From NCBI GenBank assembly GCA_023334545.1, contig JAADVB010000008.1, positions 96,019 through 160,018 on the forward strand: a stretch of DNA of 64,000 nucleotides, written 5' to 3'. Both the position numbers and the translations under genes were made by a program. The stretch's first letter is position 1; every line of letters starts with the position of its first letter. Origin of the DNA: Salisapilia sapeloensis CBS 127946. Lineage: Eukaryota; Protista; Oomycota. The notes below the pieces were generated by a model. It saw only the letters and a program-made list of their open reading frames with translations, had not been told where the DNA came from and made no database searches. Positions 52,378 to 64,000 of this stretch are shown here, piece by piece.

Positions 52378-55300
52378 ATGTCCGACCGCACGCCAGCTTC
52401 ATCAGCCGCGTCGGGTGCAAGATCACAATGGGCGAGCGAGAACAGATTGACGAGCACCGACGTGCACACGCCGAGGACGCAGTCCCAGCGCGACCTGGAT
52501 GCGCCGTCAAACTCCGATTTTTCTTACCAGAGAGCGCATACTCCTAAAGCAGACACTCCTGGTGGAATCCATTCCCCGCGCAAATCTAACTCCTCACTAC
52601 GACGCTTCTTCCCGAGCACACCTGGGAACGAAAAGCGCCATGAAGACAACCTGGGTATGTCTTACCGCCATTCGGAAGGAAACCCCAACTACGCTCTCAG
52701 CACGGAAGAAGACCGTGCTTCCCACCGAGACCGGTTTATGAGTGATGCCGAACGTACGTTGGCACGTGATCCGAGCCAAACGCGTGACTCGTTCCGTATC
52801 CTCGACGCTGATCAAGCCGAGTGGCATGACCAACCAGCTGACACGATCCTCGACTTGCTCAGCTCCGACATCAACTATGGTCTGTCTTCGGATGAAGCCT
52901 CTAAGAGACTCACCGAAAACGGCCCGAACTCTCTAGAAGCGGAGAAGAAGACTCCAACGGCTATCATTTTCCTATTACAGTTCACCAACTTGATTATTGG
53001 TCTCTTACTTGTCGCTGCCCTTGCCGCCGTGGCGCTGAAAGAGTTCGTGGAAGGTATTGCTATCATCGCGGTCGTGCTGTTGAACGCTGTCATTGCGACA
53101 GTGCAGGAGCGTAATGCGACGAACGCGCTGGAAGCGCTTCAGAAAATGTCATCGCCACAGTGTACAGTTCTGCGCGATGGTCGTCAACAGAGCATAGCGA
53201 GTGAACACCTCGTGGCCGGCGACATTGTCAATCTCACCACGGGTGACATTGTTCCGGCTGATATCCGTCTTCTTGCCAGTTCTGACTTGAAAGTAAATGA
53301 GATGATTCTTACTGGTGAGTCTGAAGACGTAATGAAGAAGTTTGATGCCGACATGAGTCATGGCTCTGGCGAAAAGCTTACGGCTCCTAATATGGTCTTC
53401 TCGTCGACGTCTGTTGCCACCGGTAACGCGACTGGTGTTGTCGTCGAAACGGGCATGTCCACCCGCGTCGGCTCCATCGCAGCGTTGCTGCGTGGCAAGT
53501 CGGCTGACGGCACGAAACAGAACCCGATCAAGCGCTTCTTTGATAAGTACCAGCCGAAGATGACTCCTCTCCAGCACACACTGCACAAATTGGGTGTTTT
53601 CATGGGTGGCGTCGTGATTGTTGTGTGCATCGTTGTGTTCGTTGTTGGTATGGTGCGTGACATTCCGGATCCCAAGAACCCTACTCGCCCTGTTTGGCTT
53701 CACATGATCATGATTTCCGTCTCGCTCGCCGTCAGTGCCGTGCCAGAAGGTCTTCCCATGGTTGTTACAATCTGCCTTTCTACCGGCACAGCCGACATGG
53801 TTAAGAAGAACGTTCTCGTGCGCAAGATTGCTGCTGTGGAATCCCTTGGTGCCAGTTCTGTCATTTGTACCGATAAGACGGGGACCTTGACGGAAGGTAA
53901 GATGCGTGCCGTTAAGATGTGGGGTGACGGCGTCGAGTACGAAATCACCGGTCGTGGCTTTGAACCGTACGGTGAAATCCTACACGACGGTGTCGCACAG
54001 GCCAAGTCCAACGCCCAAGTTCGCTCGACGCTTCTTTCCTCTGTCCTGTGCACGAACACCAGTGTGCAACAAGACAAGGATGAGAACGGAGAAACAACGT
54101 GGGTACCCATGGGCAACTCGTCTGAAGCTCCTCTTGTTGTCGCCGCTGCCAAGGCCGGTATCTGGCGCGAGGAAGTTATGGAAGCGTACCCACGTACAGC
54201 TGAAATTCCCTTCTCGTCGTCTCGTAAGATGATGATCACCGTAAACGAGTTACCGAAGGAGTCGTTTGAGCAGATGCCTCTTCCGAAGGACACTAAATAC
54301 GTTGCCAACGTGAAGGGTGCACCCAACTATATCATCAAGAATTGTACGCAGTACCTCCAAAAGGATGGTACAGTTAGCGAGATGCGCCAACGTGATGCGA
54401 ATCATGTCTTGGAAGCAGTTGACGCGCTGTCGTCCCAAGCATTGCGTGTTCTGGCTGTTGCTATGCGCCCAATGCCAAAGCTTCCGTACCCGGACGATGA
54501 AGATGACATTGAGAAGAAGTTTGAAGCGCTCAGTGAGCCGCTCATCTTCCTCGGCCTCGTGGCTTCCATTGATCCACCGCGTGAAGGTGTACGCGATGCG
54601 ATCCAGACGGCATACGACGCTTCGATCCGCACGGTCATGATCACGGGTGACTACTTGAAGACTGCAGTTGCTATCGGCAAGGACATTGGTCTGCTTGCTA
54701 TGGGTACGGATGAAGATTCGTACGCCGTGGACTGCACTGTCCTACGTCCTAATGGCGACTACATCGAAGACAGCCAGTTGGACGAGATCACTAGTCGCTG
54801 CGTCGTCTTCGCGCGTGCGAAACCGGAGGACAAGATTGAGATTGTCAAGAGTCTGCAGCGTCAAGGCATGGTTGCCGCCATGACCGGCGACGGTGTGAAC
54901 GACGCGCCTGCTTTGAAGGAGAGTGATATTGGTGTTGCCATGGGTCTTGCCGGTACTGCCGTCGCCAAGGGTGCGTCTGACATGTTGCTGACGGATGACA
55001 ACTTTTGCAGCATCGTGGCTGCTGTCGAGAAGGGTCGCGAGACGTATGAGAATATCCAGCGCTTTGTGTGCTTTTTGTTGTCGACGAACTTTGGCGAGAT
55101 CACAACGATCTTTGTCGCGATAGTCATCGGCATGGACCTGCCACTCGAGCCGCTTCAGATTCTGATCTTGAACATCTTTGCGGACGGTATGGCTGCCGTG
55201 GCGCTCAGCCTAGAAAAGGGCGACGGAACGGTCATGTCGGAGAAACCACGACCGCCGCAGCAACAAATTATCCACGGCCGACTGTGGGTCATTGTCCTCG

Positions 55301-56109
55301 TCAACGGAATGTTGATCGCGACCGGCGCCCTCACGGTCTTCATCGTCGGCATCTACTGGAACTTTGGCATGATCCTGCAGGAAGATTATATGGAGGGCAT
55401 TGACGTGGAAAGCGGAAAAAAATCCTATAGACACGCTGTGTGCCAACGGTGGTTGGGTATCAACACTGGATGGAAGGATGTGAGCAACTGCATGGCCGAG
55501 TTACCGGACGAAAACTTCCGATATAATGAAACCATTCGCGGCGAGTCGGACTTTATCGGCGAAGACTTTGAGTGCCATGGCGGAGACTACAGCTGCATCA
55601 ACGAAGGTGTGTCCCGAGCACAGACGATGACATTTATCTACATTACGATGATGGAAATGTTCCGAGCGTACACGGCGCGTAGCTTCACCAACTCGGTCTT
55701 CTACCGCATGTTCTCGAACAAGTGGATGCAGTGGGCGGCCGTCGGGTCGGTGACGCTGACACTGAGCGTGACGAACATCCCGGTGATCATGGACGACCTC
55801 TTTGGCTTTGCCTACATTGAGTGGTTCCAGTGGCTCTTTGCCATCGCCTTCTCGGTGCTCATGGTCATTGGTGGCGAGATCATGAAGGCTTGCTACCGTA
55901 TGAGTGACAAGAAGAAGTTTGTTAAACGGGAGCAGGAGCAGCACTATAACGATATGATGCTCGAGATCCGCACGCTGCGGGAGCAAGTGCAGCGCGTGGA
56001 GACGCGTCTCCAAGACGATATGACCGAGATCCGTCGCAACCACCGTCGTCAGCACTCGAACTCGACGCTGTCGAGCTCCAGCTCGGACGCAGATCACCAT
56101 CGCACCTAG
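52378..56109 (+). CDS. Type II cation-transporting P-type ATPase (SERCA/IIA-like), 1243 aa
   Basis: LTGESE, AVPEGLP, ICTDKTGTLT, KGAP, DPPR, MITGD, AMTGDGVNDAPALK. About 10 TM segments; TM5 STNFGEI and TM6 LNIFADG. Confidence 0.95.
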   Translation: MSDRTPASSAASGARSQWASENRLTSTDVHTPRTQSQRDLDAPSNSDFSYQRAHTPKADTPGGIHSPRKSNSSLRRFFPSTPGNEKRHEDNLGMSYRHSEGNPNYALSTEEDRASHRDRFMSDAERTLARDPSQTRDSFRILDADQAEWHDQPADTILDLLSSDINYGLSSDEASKRLTENGPNSLEAEKKTPTAIIFLLQFTNLIIGLLLVAALAAVALKEFVEGIAIIAVVLLNAVIATVQERNATNALEALQKMSSPQCTVLRDGRQQSIASEHLVAGDIVNLTTGDIVPADIRLLASSDLKVNEMILTGESEDVMKKFDADMSHGSGEKLTAPNMVFSSTSVATGNATGVVVETGMSTRVGSIAALLRGKSADGTKQNPIKRFFDKYQPKMTPLQHTLHKLGVFMGGVVIVVCIVVFVVGMVRDIPDPKNPTRPVWLHMIMISVSLAVSAVPEGLPMVVTICLSTGTADMVKKNVLVRKIAAVESLGASSVICTDKTGTLTEGKMRAVKMWGDGVEYEITGRGFEPYGEILHDGVAQAKSNAQVRSTLLSSVLCTNTSVQQDKDENGETTWVPMGNSSEAPLVVAAAKAGIWREEVMEAYPRTAEIPFSSSRKMMITVNELPKESFEQMPLPKDTKYVANVKGAPNYIIKNCTQYLQKDGTVSEMRQRDANHVLEAVDALSSQALRVLAVAMRPMPKLPYPDDEDDIEKKFEALSEPLIFLGLVASIDPPREGVRDAIQTAYDASIRTVMITGDYLKTAVAIGKDIGLLAMGTDEDSYAVDCTVLRPNGDYIEDSQLDEITSRCVVFARAKPEDKIEIVKSLQRQGMVAAMTGDGVNDAPALKESDIGVAMGLAGTAVAKGASDMLLTDDNFCSIVAAVEKGRETYENIQRFVCFLLSTNFGEITTIFVAIVIGMDLPLEPLQILILNIFADGMAAVALSLEKGDGTVMSEKPRPPQQQIIHGRLWVIVLVNGMLIATGALTVFIVGIYWNFGMILQEDYMEGIDVESGKKSYRHAVCQRWLGINTGWKDVSNCMAELPDENFRYNETIRGESDFIGEDFECHGGDYSCINEGVSRAQTMTFIYITMMEMFRAYTARSFTNSVFYRMFSNKWMQWAAVGSVTLTLSVTNIPVIMDDLFGFAYIEWFQWLFAIAFSVLMVIGGEIMKACYRMSDKKKFVKREQEQHYNDMMLEIRTLREQVQRVETRLQDDMTEIRRNHRRQHSNSTLSSSSSDADHHRT

Positions 56110-56617
56110 ACTTGATAGAGAATGTCTAGGCGTTTTCATTTACATCAACTCGGCGTGAGGTCTTGATATAGTAACAACGAGTGGCATTTTGAAAGTGATT
56201 CCGTCTTCATTTGTGTCTTATAGCTTTTGTATAGTACGATCGGATAGTAGACATTGGACGAGTACTACCCTCTCAGATAAAGTATTCTTCATGCAGTCAC
56301 TCTTTTACAGTAGATAGATTGGTCGATTCATAGGTCCAGGAAGAGGAGTATGACAGGACGATGCTGATGTGAAGAATGAGAGTGCTGTCGGAAGAGATGG
56401 AGATGTATACGAGTACTTTGTCAATGACCTCTGGATCGACTAGAAGAGCTATGAACGAAAAGCACAAGAATGTTTGATTCCAAAGAAGCCACGTTCACTT
56501 TATAACGATCGTCTAGCCGGTACGAACCTACACGTTCCGTCCCCGACGCATGTATCGTGGACAGGATGACCAAAACACAATGTCTTGCAAAGATGTTCAT
56601 CGGACGATCGAGGCAGT

Positions 56618-57920
56618 CTACATGACGATAGTACCCGTTTCTGGCAAGTCGGTCGAAATGGACTTGTGCGGAAGGACGAGCGCTCCGTTGATGAACTTTT
56701 CGTCCTTCACTTGCACGTCTTCCCCGACGACCGTGACGCCTTCGATGCGGCACCAGCGACCGATGGTGGATCCCCAGCCGATGACACTGGAGTGGATCCA
56801 GGAATTCGCTCGGACAGTCACGCCTTTTAGCAACGTTGTTCGACTCAGGCGCACACCTACGACATAAGAGTAGGTATAAGACTGGGAGAGAAGGAGATAG
56901 TAAGCGTACCATCTTCAATGACACATCCAGGTCCGATGACGACGTTCGGACCGATGAGACAGCCTTCGCCAATAACAGCAGTCGGATCCACCATGACATT
57001 CCCGATGAACTTGCCCCCGTGAGTCAGCTGATCATCATCGGATCGAGCGAGGTAGTCCAAGTGGAGGCACATGCCGGTGAGAAAGTCTTTTGGCTGTCCG
57101 ATGTCCATCCAGTAGCCAGGCAAGACCATCGAGTATAAATTTCCTTCCGCTGCGATTTGAGGGAAGATCTCCTTTTCAATCGATGTCGGTCTCAACTAGT
57201 TAAAGACGGGGTAAGAGGAAGGATACGATGCAGTTTATATGTAAATGTACTTCGATGCGGTCGAGAATGTCGCGATTGAAAATGTAGATACCAGCGTTGA
57301 TCTTGTTGCCAACATACTCTGGTGGCTTTTCGACAAACCGTTGGATCTGACCCTCGTCGTCGGATAAAACGACACCGTATTTGCTCGGCTCGTCCACGCG
57401 AGTGACCTGCACGACGTGGAATTAGTAGACGACTCGAGAGGATAGAGATAAGAGATGCAACCATAATGGTGCCTTCTCCACCGTGGTTACGATGAAAGGC
57501 TAAGAAGTCATCTAGGCGGTATTCACAAATGACGTCCGAGTTGAAGACAAAGAACGGGTCGTCGTCGTCGAGGAGGTCCTTGGCCAAGGCAAGCGGACCG
57601 GCCGTGCCCAGCGGCTCGGTCTCATGCGAACATGTAATTTTGATGTTATACTGCTTCTCCATGCTCTCCAAAGCCTGGAGCATGACCTGTGGCTGGTAAT
57701 TGACGGCGAGCACGACTTCCGTGACGCCAACCTAGTGTGCGCCTCGTGAGCATCAAAGATCTTTACAATGGGGATGAGGAAGGGTGTGTACATTCACGAG
57801 AGCTTCGATCTGATGGACGACGATGGATTTGTTACAGAACTCCACGAGGGGCTTTGGACATGACAAGGTCAGTGGCCGCAGCCGCGTGCCAAAGCCTCCG
57901 ACTAGAATCAACGCCTTCAT
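56618..57920 (-). CDS. GMPPB: Mannose-1-phosphate guanylyltransferase / GDP-mannose pyrophosphorylase (5 exons, 359 aa)
   Basis: Exons 57920-57792, 57731-57462, 57406-57251, 57195-56910, 56856-56618; introns 60, 55, 55 and 53 nt. [49 protein letters not shown] and hexapeptide repeats. Confidence 0.96.
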
Positions 57921-60157
57921 GCTTTTCTGGATGGCACTTTCATGTGGGTACCTGTGTACCGGAATATAGCGTATAGTTTATTGCATTTTCTGTATGGAGG
58001 ATGTTAATATAGAATTTCGCCTATTAGAATTGGTTGAAAGTAAAGTGGATTCCAGGACTACGTCAGCACATTGAAGGCACCTTCAAGTTGCAACGAATAG
58101 ACGAAGGAATCTCCATTTGCTGCCTCGCCTACTGTGTTGTGAATGCAATTGTGTGCTTTCCCTTTCAAAGATTGCAGTACTGGGATCCATGCATTAAAAA
58201 GTAGGAAAGTCAATTTATAAAAGCCGAGTTAGGGTATGATTCTAGTCACTGAATTCGATATGGGATCACTTACCACAGCACCTTCGTGAGCCTCGCAAAC
58301 TTCATCCTTTGCTAGAAAGTATAATAAGTAGTGATCGTGAGTCTGCATTGTGAGATCTCACAAGTATTCTGCAGAATGGGTACACACAAGAATGATGCCT
58401 CCAGCTATCGTAGTTATTAATATGGATGTGCACACAGTTTAATGGCAAGTAGATGGGGCGCCCTTGCAGCTAATAACGGCTAATGGAAGCATGTACAGGG
58501 AATGACTTTAAAATAGTGAATAAGTGAGCAAGCGAAACACCATAAGAACAAGCGAGTGGAAGGTATATGACAACAGCTACCCATAATCTTGTTTTGCTCG
58601 TGAGTTTTACACGGCTCTACTTAACTTTTTAATGTCCTTCCCATATCTGATTCGCTTAGACATTCAGCTTTAGTGATCTTTAGTGCTATTGTCGTGTTCA
58701 CTTTATAGGGCACTTCGATTAGCTTGCAGTGAATTCTACTTCTGCGCTGTAAACTTCTACGTCGCTCTTTCGTCACTTATGTACATATTCCTACCATGCC
58801 GGAAGCTTGAGAGCAATTAAAGCAATGTGTCCACTGGTTTTAAACAGTGTATCCGACAAAAGCGCTTTCCCAAACTTCCGGATTGCTCTTCTCCGCTATC
58901 GGTCAAGATACCGCTTCATTTAAACGTATACAGTAACTTACCAACTTCCAAATTCAATCTGTAGGTAGCTTATAAAACACGCGCGAATTAAACTGCTCTT
59001 TGCAGTGGATGCCCGCCAACCGCCAGTGTGATAAAGCGACTTGCTAAGTACCATACTTTTGTATGCGTTTGGATATGTTTTTTTTTAAGCCCATCTTTTC
59101 TTGTCGTTAGAGAATACATTCGGAGTCAAAGATACAAAAATGATTTGATTGTGCTTAATAGGTATTCAAGCCACCACCACCCCCATAATTCGTCAATAGG
59201 ACTTTGCGTGGGAAGCAAAGACTTAATATACAACATCCTGGTTAGTGCAAAACAAAAGACAAAAGCGAGCATATGAGTCTGCGCATTGAGTTTTCTAGAC
59301 CGAATTAACGATCAACGAAAGGCTGAATTCTCTTCGAAAGTGTTCCCCGATTTACAACCAAATGCTGTTTTCCAACTCTCAGTCCCTATCGTATATCAAT
59401 TGGTACCAGTACGGAGACAAACTGTACCTTGCGCCATGGGTACTCAACCGAGATCTTGTCGTAGTAATGGACAAATATCTTTGAAGCACGTGCTTCTAAG
59501 CTAGCAGGTACGCAGAAGAAGAGCATGGGCCAAGTAAATTCTTCTTGAAGATCGCCCTAGCAGATACTTGGCCCATTTATTACAACCATCCAAGATACTA
59601 TCGAATACTGATGATGAACCTTTCCCGCACGACAACAGTATGAGCTTTTTGTATGTTATTCTATCGCGCTGTATAAAGCAGCACTTTCATCCCTATTAGA
59701 CAGTTGCCATATTGCTTCACCTGGTCTCCTCTTGGTCATAGGACAACGAAGTGGCTACCGTCCGAATACTTACGTAGCCAAACTTCTTACTAATGTACCA
59801 CTGTTTAAAGATAGACCTACCCATCGTAAACGACAATCACTCTGCTGTCTAAATATCTATGGCGGGGCACTGGTGCCTCCACGCTTCTTTCCGTAGGGTT
59901 TGCGAGACGGTATGTGACTCCATTAGGAAGCAGCTACAAGCACACAAGAGCTTGTTATCTATTCGGCAACGAGCGGAATTATGGCTGATATGAAAAGGTC
60001 TGCCGTAAGCATCACCACCACTCATGGGTTCATGCCCATGCTATGTAATTGCGTGACCTGCTATCAATTGACGCCTGAGCAGAGCGTATTGTCAGGCACA
60101 GACAGCAAGACTGACTTTCCTTTCGGACTAACTGGCGGTAGCCCCCGCGCTATAACG

Positions 60158-62437
60158 ATGCTCGCCTTGGTCCTTTTCTTGGTCCCACTTGTCGCAGCAG
60201 ACTGCCCCTCCGTTCTAAATACGCTCACATCCGACTGCAGGGGGGAGTGCTCCACATGCGTCGTGTATCAAGCGCACGCCGACGATAATCCTTGCAACAG
60301 CGCTGCTGTAAATGGTACCGTTGTGGGCGAGTGCCTTGACGCAGACGACGATGGCTGTCAAGTCCAGTGCTTTGGAAATCCTAGCGAAGACGGAGACCCA
60401 TATCGTATTCATATTTCGAATAACAGAGATGAAATGCCGACGAATGGTGACATGCAAAACGCCCCATATCTCAGCGCGGGGGTTGTTCACACGATCGGTC
60501 CGCTGTCCATTCCAAGCGACTACACCACATTGTAACCTGATTGCCTCTTCGTTTATATAAACCAGAGTCTTACAATTGCACTTAGATCAATCCAAGGCGG
60601 CAATACAGTTGATTCCGTCGGCGGTGACGCAGTCTTCATCTCTGTTGACGATGACTTGCTGAAAAGCTCTCCATCGATCCAGGTTTTGGAATTAGTCAAC
60701 ATCGACATGTCGAACAGCTTCCTGAATCTGCCAGCCATCGCTTCCCAAGATAAAGCCTTGGTCGACTTTCACTGTAGCAACTGTGAATTAACTGAAATGC
60801 CTACCTCTCTTACGGATGTCAAGAACCTCATTACGCTCAGGCTCCGACAGAACAAACTTACGTCTGTGCCTAGTGGTTTTAGTCACATGAATACTCTTAC
60901 TACGCTCGACCTAGCAAGCAACAATATCACCTCCTTCCATGCCGCATCATCGAGCTTGCAGGTGTTAAAGTTGACGAATAACAGCATGACTACCTTGCCG
61001 CAAGTCCTCGAAAACATGACTTCACTAATATACTTGGACGTGTCTGGCAATCCTTTTGAAGACATCATTGTCAGCAACAAAGTGTACGACGTCTTGAAAG
61101 GCCTCACGTACTTTACTTCGGAAACTGTAGAGTACAATGGGGATTGCGATGATAAGCGGACAGTCGGGACGATGCAGGTATGCATAGGCGACATGATTGA
61201 AGGTGTTGCTGGTAGTCAAGATCAAAGCCATAGTATATCAGTAGGCAACATCTTAATCGACGCAGTGGAGGCTTCTTCCGATAGTTCCACTGCCGATTCA
61301 AGTGGCATATCACCTACCACACTCGTCGTGGTGATTGTTATTGCCGGCATCATTGTCCTCTTATTGTGTGGCATCATCTGGTACTTTTACCGACGCAACA
61401 AGAAGCAACAGAAACTCTTGGAGGCTCACAACTTGACAACGCACAGCGTCGATCCGTCCTCCGTTTACTGGAGTAACGACACTTCCAAGGCAGCAACCAG
61501 TGATCCTCTATGGACGGCAGAAGAGAGAGTCAAGCTCCAGCTTCGCTACGAAGATGTGAAAGACATACGACGCCTTGGATCCGGCGGGTACGCTGATGTC
61601 TGGCTTGTGCAGTATTGTGGGAAGGACTTTTACGCGTCCAAGAGATTGCTTCCAGGTGAAGCGACAGTCGATAGAGTCTACTCTTTCGTTGAAGAGGTCA
61701 AGCTGTCTGCGTCTCTCCAGCATCCAAAAATCGTCCAGCTCTTTGGTGCGGCGTGGACAGTTGAAGCGAACGTCCAGGCGCTATACGAGTACATGCCCAA
61801 AGGCAATGTACGGACGTACCTCCAACATGCGAGGAAACGCAAATGGCGGCGGGAGAAGTTGCAGATTGCCATCGACGTCAGCGTCGCGCTTACCTACATC
61901 CATTCGTTCGATCCGCCACTGCTACATCGAGATCTAAAATCCACCAACGTCCTCTTGTCTGAAACGATGGAGGCGAAGCTTGGCGACTTTGGCACCGCTC
62001 GTTTCATGGCAGACGACTCGGAGAGCATGACTGTCGGAGCTGGGACAGGAAGGTGGATCGCCCCAGAAGTTTTGAGTCAGCGATATTACTGTGAGAAGAG
62101 TGACATCTACAGCTTTGGGGTCTTACTCTCTGAGATGGACACGCATGAACTCCCTTTCGACAGTAGAAGTAGTGACGATGGGAATGAACTGTCGGAACTA
62201 TCGATCCTCCACCAAGTCATGTCTGGGCAGCTAAAGCCGACTTTCCTGGATGCTTGTCCTCCAAAGCTTAAGCAACTGGCACAGAAATGCCTATCGTACA
62301 ATCCAAACGAGAGACCAGCTAGCTACCAGGTGCGTTATGAGCTCCATGAGATGTTGAAAGAAGCAGACGCTCGATCGGAGCGACGCAAGTCGGAACGATT
62401 GGCAAAAACAGTGCAGTACACGAAGCGTAGAAAGTAG
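60158..62437 (+). CDS. LRR receptor-like kinase (TKL family; 2 exons, ~741 aa)
   Basis: Signal peptide MLALVLFLVPLVAA, Cys-rich N-terminus, 54-nt intron 60532-60585, LRRs (LITLRLRQNKL, LTTLDLASNNI, LQVLKLTNNSM, LIYLDVSGNPF) and a TM helix. Kinase motifs GSGGYADV, ASK, HRDLKSTN, DFG, APE. Confidence 0.92.
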
Positions 62438-62474
62438 ATGGTAATGAAAAGCAATTTTGGTCTGTTAACATGGC

Positions 62475-63765
62475 TTAATTGTTACTTTTAAACTCTCGGA
62501 AGGCATCCAGGTACTTCATGGAAGCCTCATTGACCCACGACTTGAGGAAGAAGTGGCCTTGGTAGAAGGCACAGTGGCTCCCTTCCGACGTTAGAATGAG
62601 CATGTTGGACGGGTGTCCTTCAAAAGCTTCCATCGGAATGGTTTCCGAGGTGCAGACTGGATCGTCCGCTGCGTTGATACATAAGATTGGCACACCTACG
62701 TTCTTCCAGTCGCGCATGGGGTTGTTATCTTTCCAGTACGCTTCCAAATCGTCGTATCCATGCATACCCATGTAGACGTGCTCATCAAATTCACGAATGC
62801 TCTTGGCTGCCATCGCTTTATCATAGTCGACGATCCCATCCAACTGCGTTCGGTGTCTTCTCAAGAACGACTTGAGACTGAATGTCATCAGGTAGTCGTA
62901 GATCGGATTGATCTTGTGGTTGCAAAAAAGTTCGAAGGCGTTGTAGCCTGGAGATACCATCACCCCGGCTTGTATCTTCGACTCTGCACCTGTCTCTCCC
63001 AAGTAGGAGCACAAGAGGCCAGATCCGGCAGAGTACCCGATGCAGTACAACGGTGCGTTTGGATATCGACCAAGTATCACGTCAATCGCTTCGCTCATGT
63101 CCTTTACGCAACCGAATGCCTGTAGCTTTGGCGTCGCGAGTGGGACACCTCCGTGACCGCGCTTGTTGAAAGCGACTGGACGATAGCCATGGACGCGGGC
63201 TTCGAGACAGGTAGTGGTCATACTGGCACTGCATCCAGTCAAGCCGTGCAGTACGAGGACGATGGGCGAATCGTCTGACAATGGAGGAAACTTGTCGGAA
63301 GAGGGGATGGTCCAGTCCAATGTGATGTGACCGCCATCGCTCATGGTTAAAAGTTCCCTCTCGTACGTGATCCCTCCGGCGGATGGAATAAGGAATGTTA
63401 GAGCTATCTGCAAGTGCGTATTCGTCCACCATGTCGGTGTAAATCGATCGACCACCGGTCTAAGTCTCTATAAAAAGAAAACAATTTGGAATTAATGCTC
63501 GTCCACAATACCAGATATTAAATCTGTATACACTCGAGATGAATCGATTAAGTGGGGAATTTCCAGCTAGAATGCGATGCTGATTAGATGCTCGACTGGT
63601 AGCATGCATGCGGTAAGACATGACAGCGAGGCATGCCGAAACCGCGACGACGGACGCAGTCGTCGCAGCATTCCATCTACAGTGTTACACAGCATGAGAA
63701 CGACCAACAACACTGGCGTTCATTGTCCGTATGCGATATTAGTACGTGTCGATCGAGGAGTGCAT
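62475..63765 (-). CDS. Alpha/beta hydrolase, ABHD1/2/3 (YheT-like) lipase/esterase (~385 aa)
   Basis: Main exon 63467-62475 has LHGLTG, nucleophile GYSAG, NAADDP and GSHCAF. The upstream exons 63765-63746 and 63676-63532 (69- and 64-nt introns) are tentative; they add a hydrophobic anchor (ASVVAVSACLAVMSY). Confidence 0.88.
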
Positions 63766-64000
63766 CGGAATATCGTGCCGACGAGTCAAACCGTTGCTGA
63801 TATCTTCAAATTCTGAAGATCTCAGGCAAAAATATTTTGTTTGGAAATATTACGTCATCAATGTGCAATCACGGTCTATGTCCGACGTGGAGAAGCACTA
63901 TCCGAGACTCAAATCGGTTGACCTGCTACCAAGCCCCAAAGGTCCCGTCGAAAGGAAAACTAAGCTGCCACCTCTATCTTGTACGACAATCATAAGTAAA

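Noticed and set aside
24710-63765. Apparent lipid-metabolism cluster (ALDH3-like, PSD, PTGR3-like, ABHD)
   Set aside because: The genes are spread over ~39 kb among unrelated housekeeping genes, with no shared regulatory signal seen.
1-64000. CRISPR arrays, prokaryotic defence systems, rRNA, telomeric or satellite repeats
   Set aside because: None seen; the sequence is intron-containing eukaryotic DNA with no regularly spaced repeats.

Overview
This is eukaryotic nuclear DNA, most likely from an oomycete. The evidence is oomycete-typical START/FYVE(/GAF) proteins, an atypical bZIP, an LRR-TKL receptor kinase, an INR+FPR-like core promoter and short GT-AG introns; the exact lineage cannot be determined from the window. 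I support about 20 protein genes and reconstructed several spliced models by hand, each closing in frame: M17 leucyl aminopeptidase, PHAX-domain protein, Ubl/chromo-barrel protein, mitochondrial-type ProRS, TIP30-like SDR, bZIP-like factor, triple-PH protein, EMC10, a stand-alone P-type ATPase N/A-domain protein, ALDH3-like protein, phosphatidylserine decarboxylase, eIF3j, UBR1-type E3, TAF2, F-box-like/LamG protein, START-FYVE-GAF protein, PTGR3-like reductase, importin-alpha-like protein, type II P-type ATPase, GDP-mannose pyrophosphorylase, LRR receptor kinase and an ABHD1-3-like hydrolase. There is also a START-FYVE pseudogene, a possible hidden multi-exon membrane-protein gene and a possible MULE remnant. 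I found no CRISPR array, rRNA, complete tRNA or intact transposon. I do not see a convincing multi-gene novel system. The best leads are individual re-engineered proteins: (i) a membrane-anchored ALDH3 with its catalytic Cys, oxyanion Asn and NAD loop all substituted; (ii) an intact mini-gene encoding only a P-type ATPase actuator unit, with a Cys-rich motif in place of TM1-2; (iii) an importin-alpha with an eroded major NLS site and an inserted ~100-aa beta-rich domain. All family calls come from motif recognition by eye; no database search was run.
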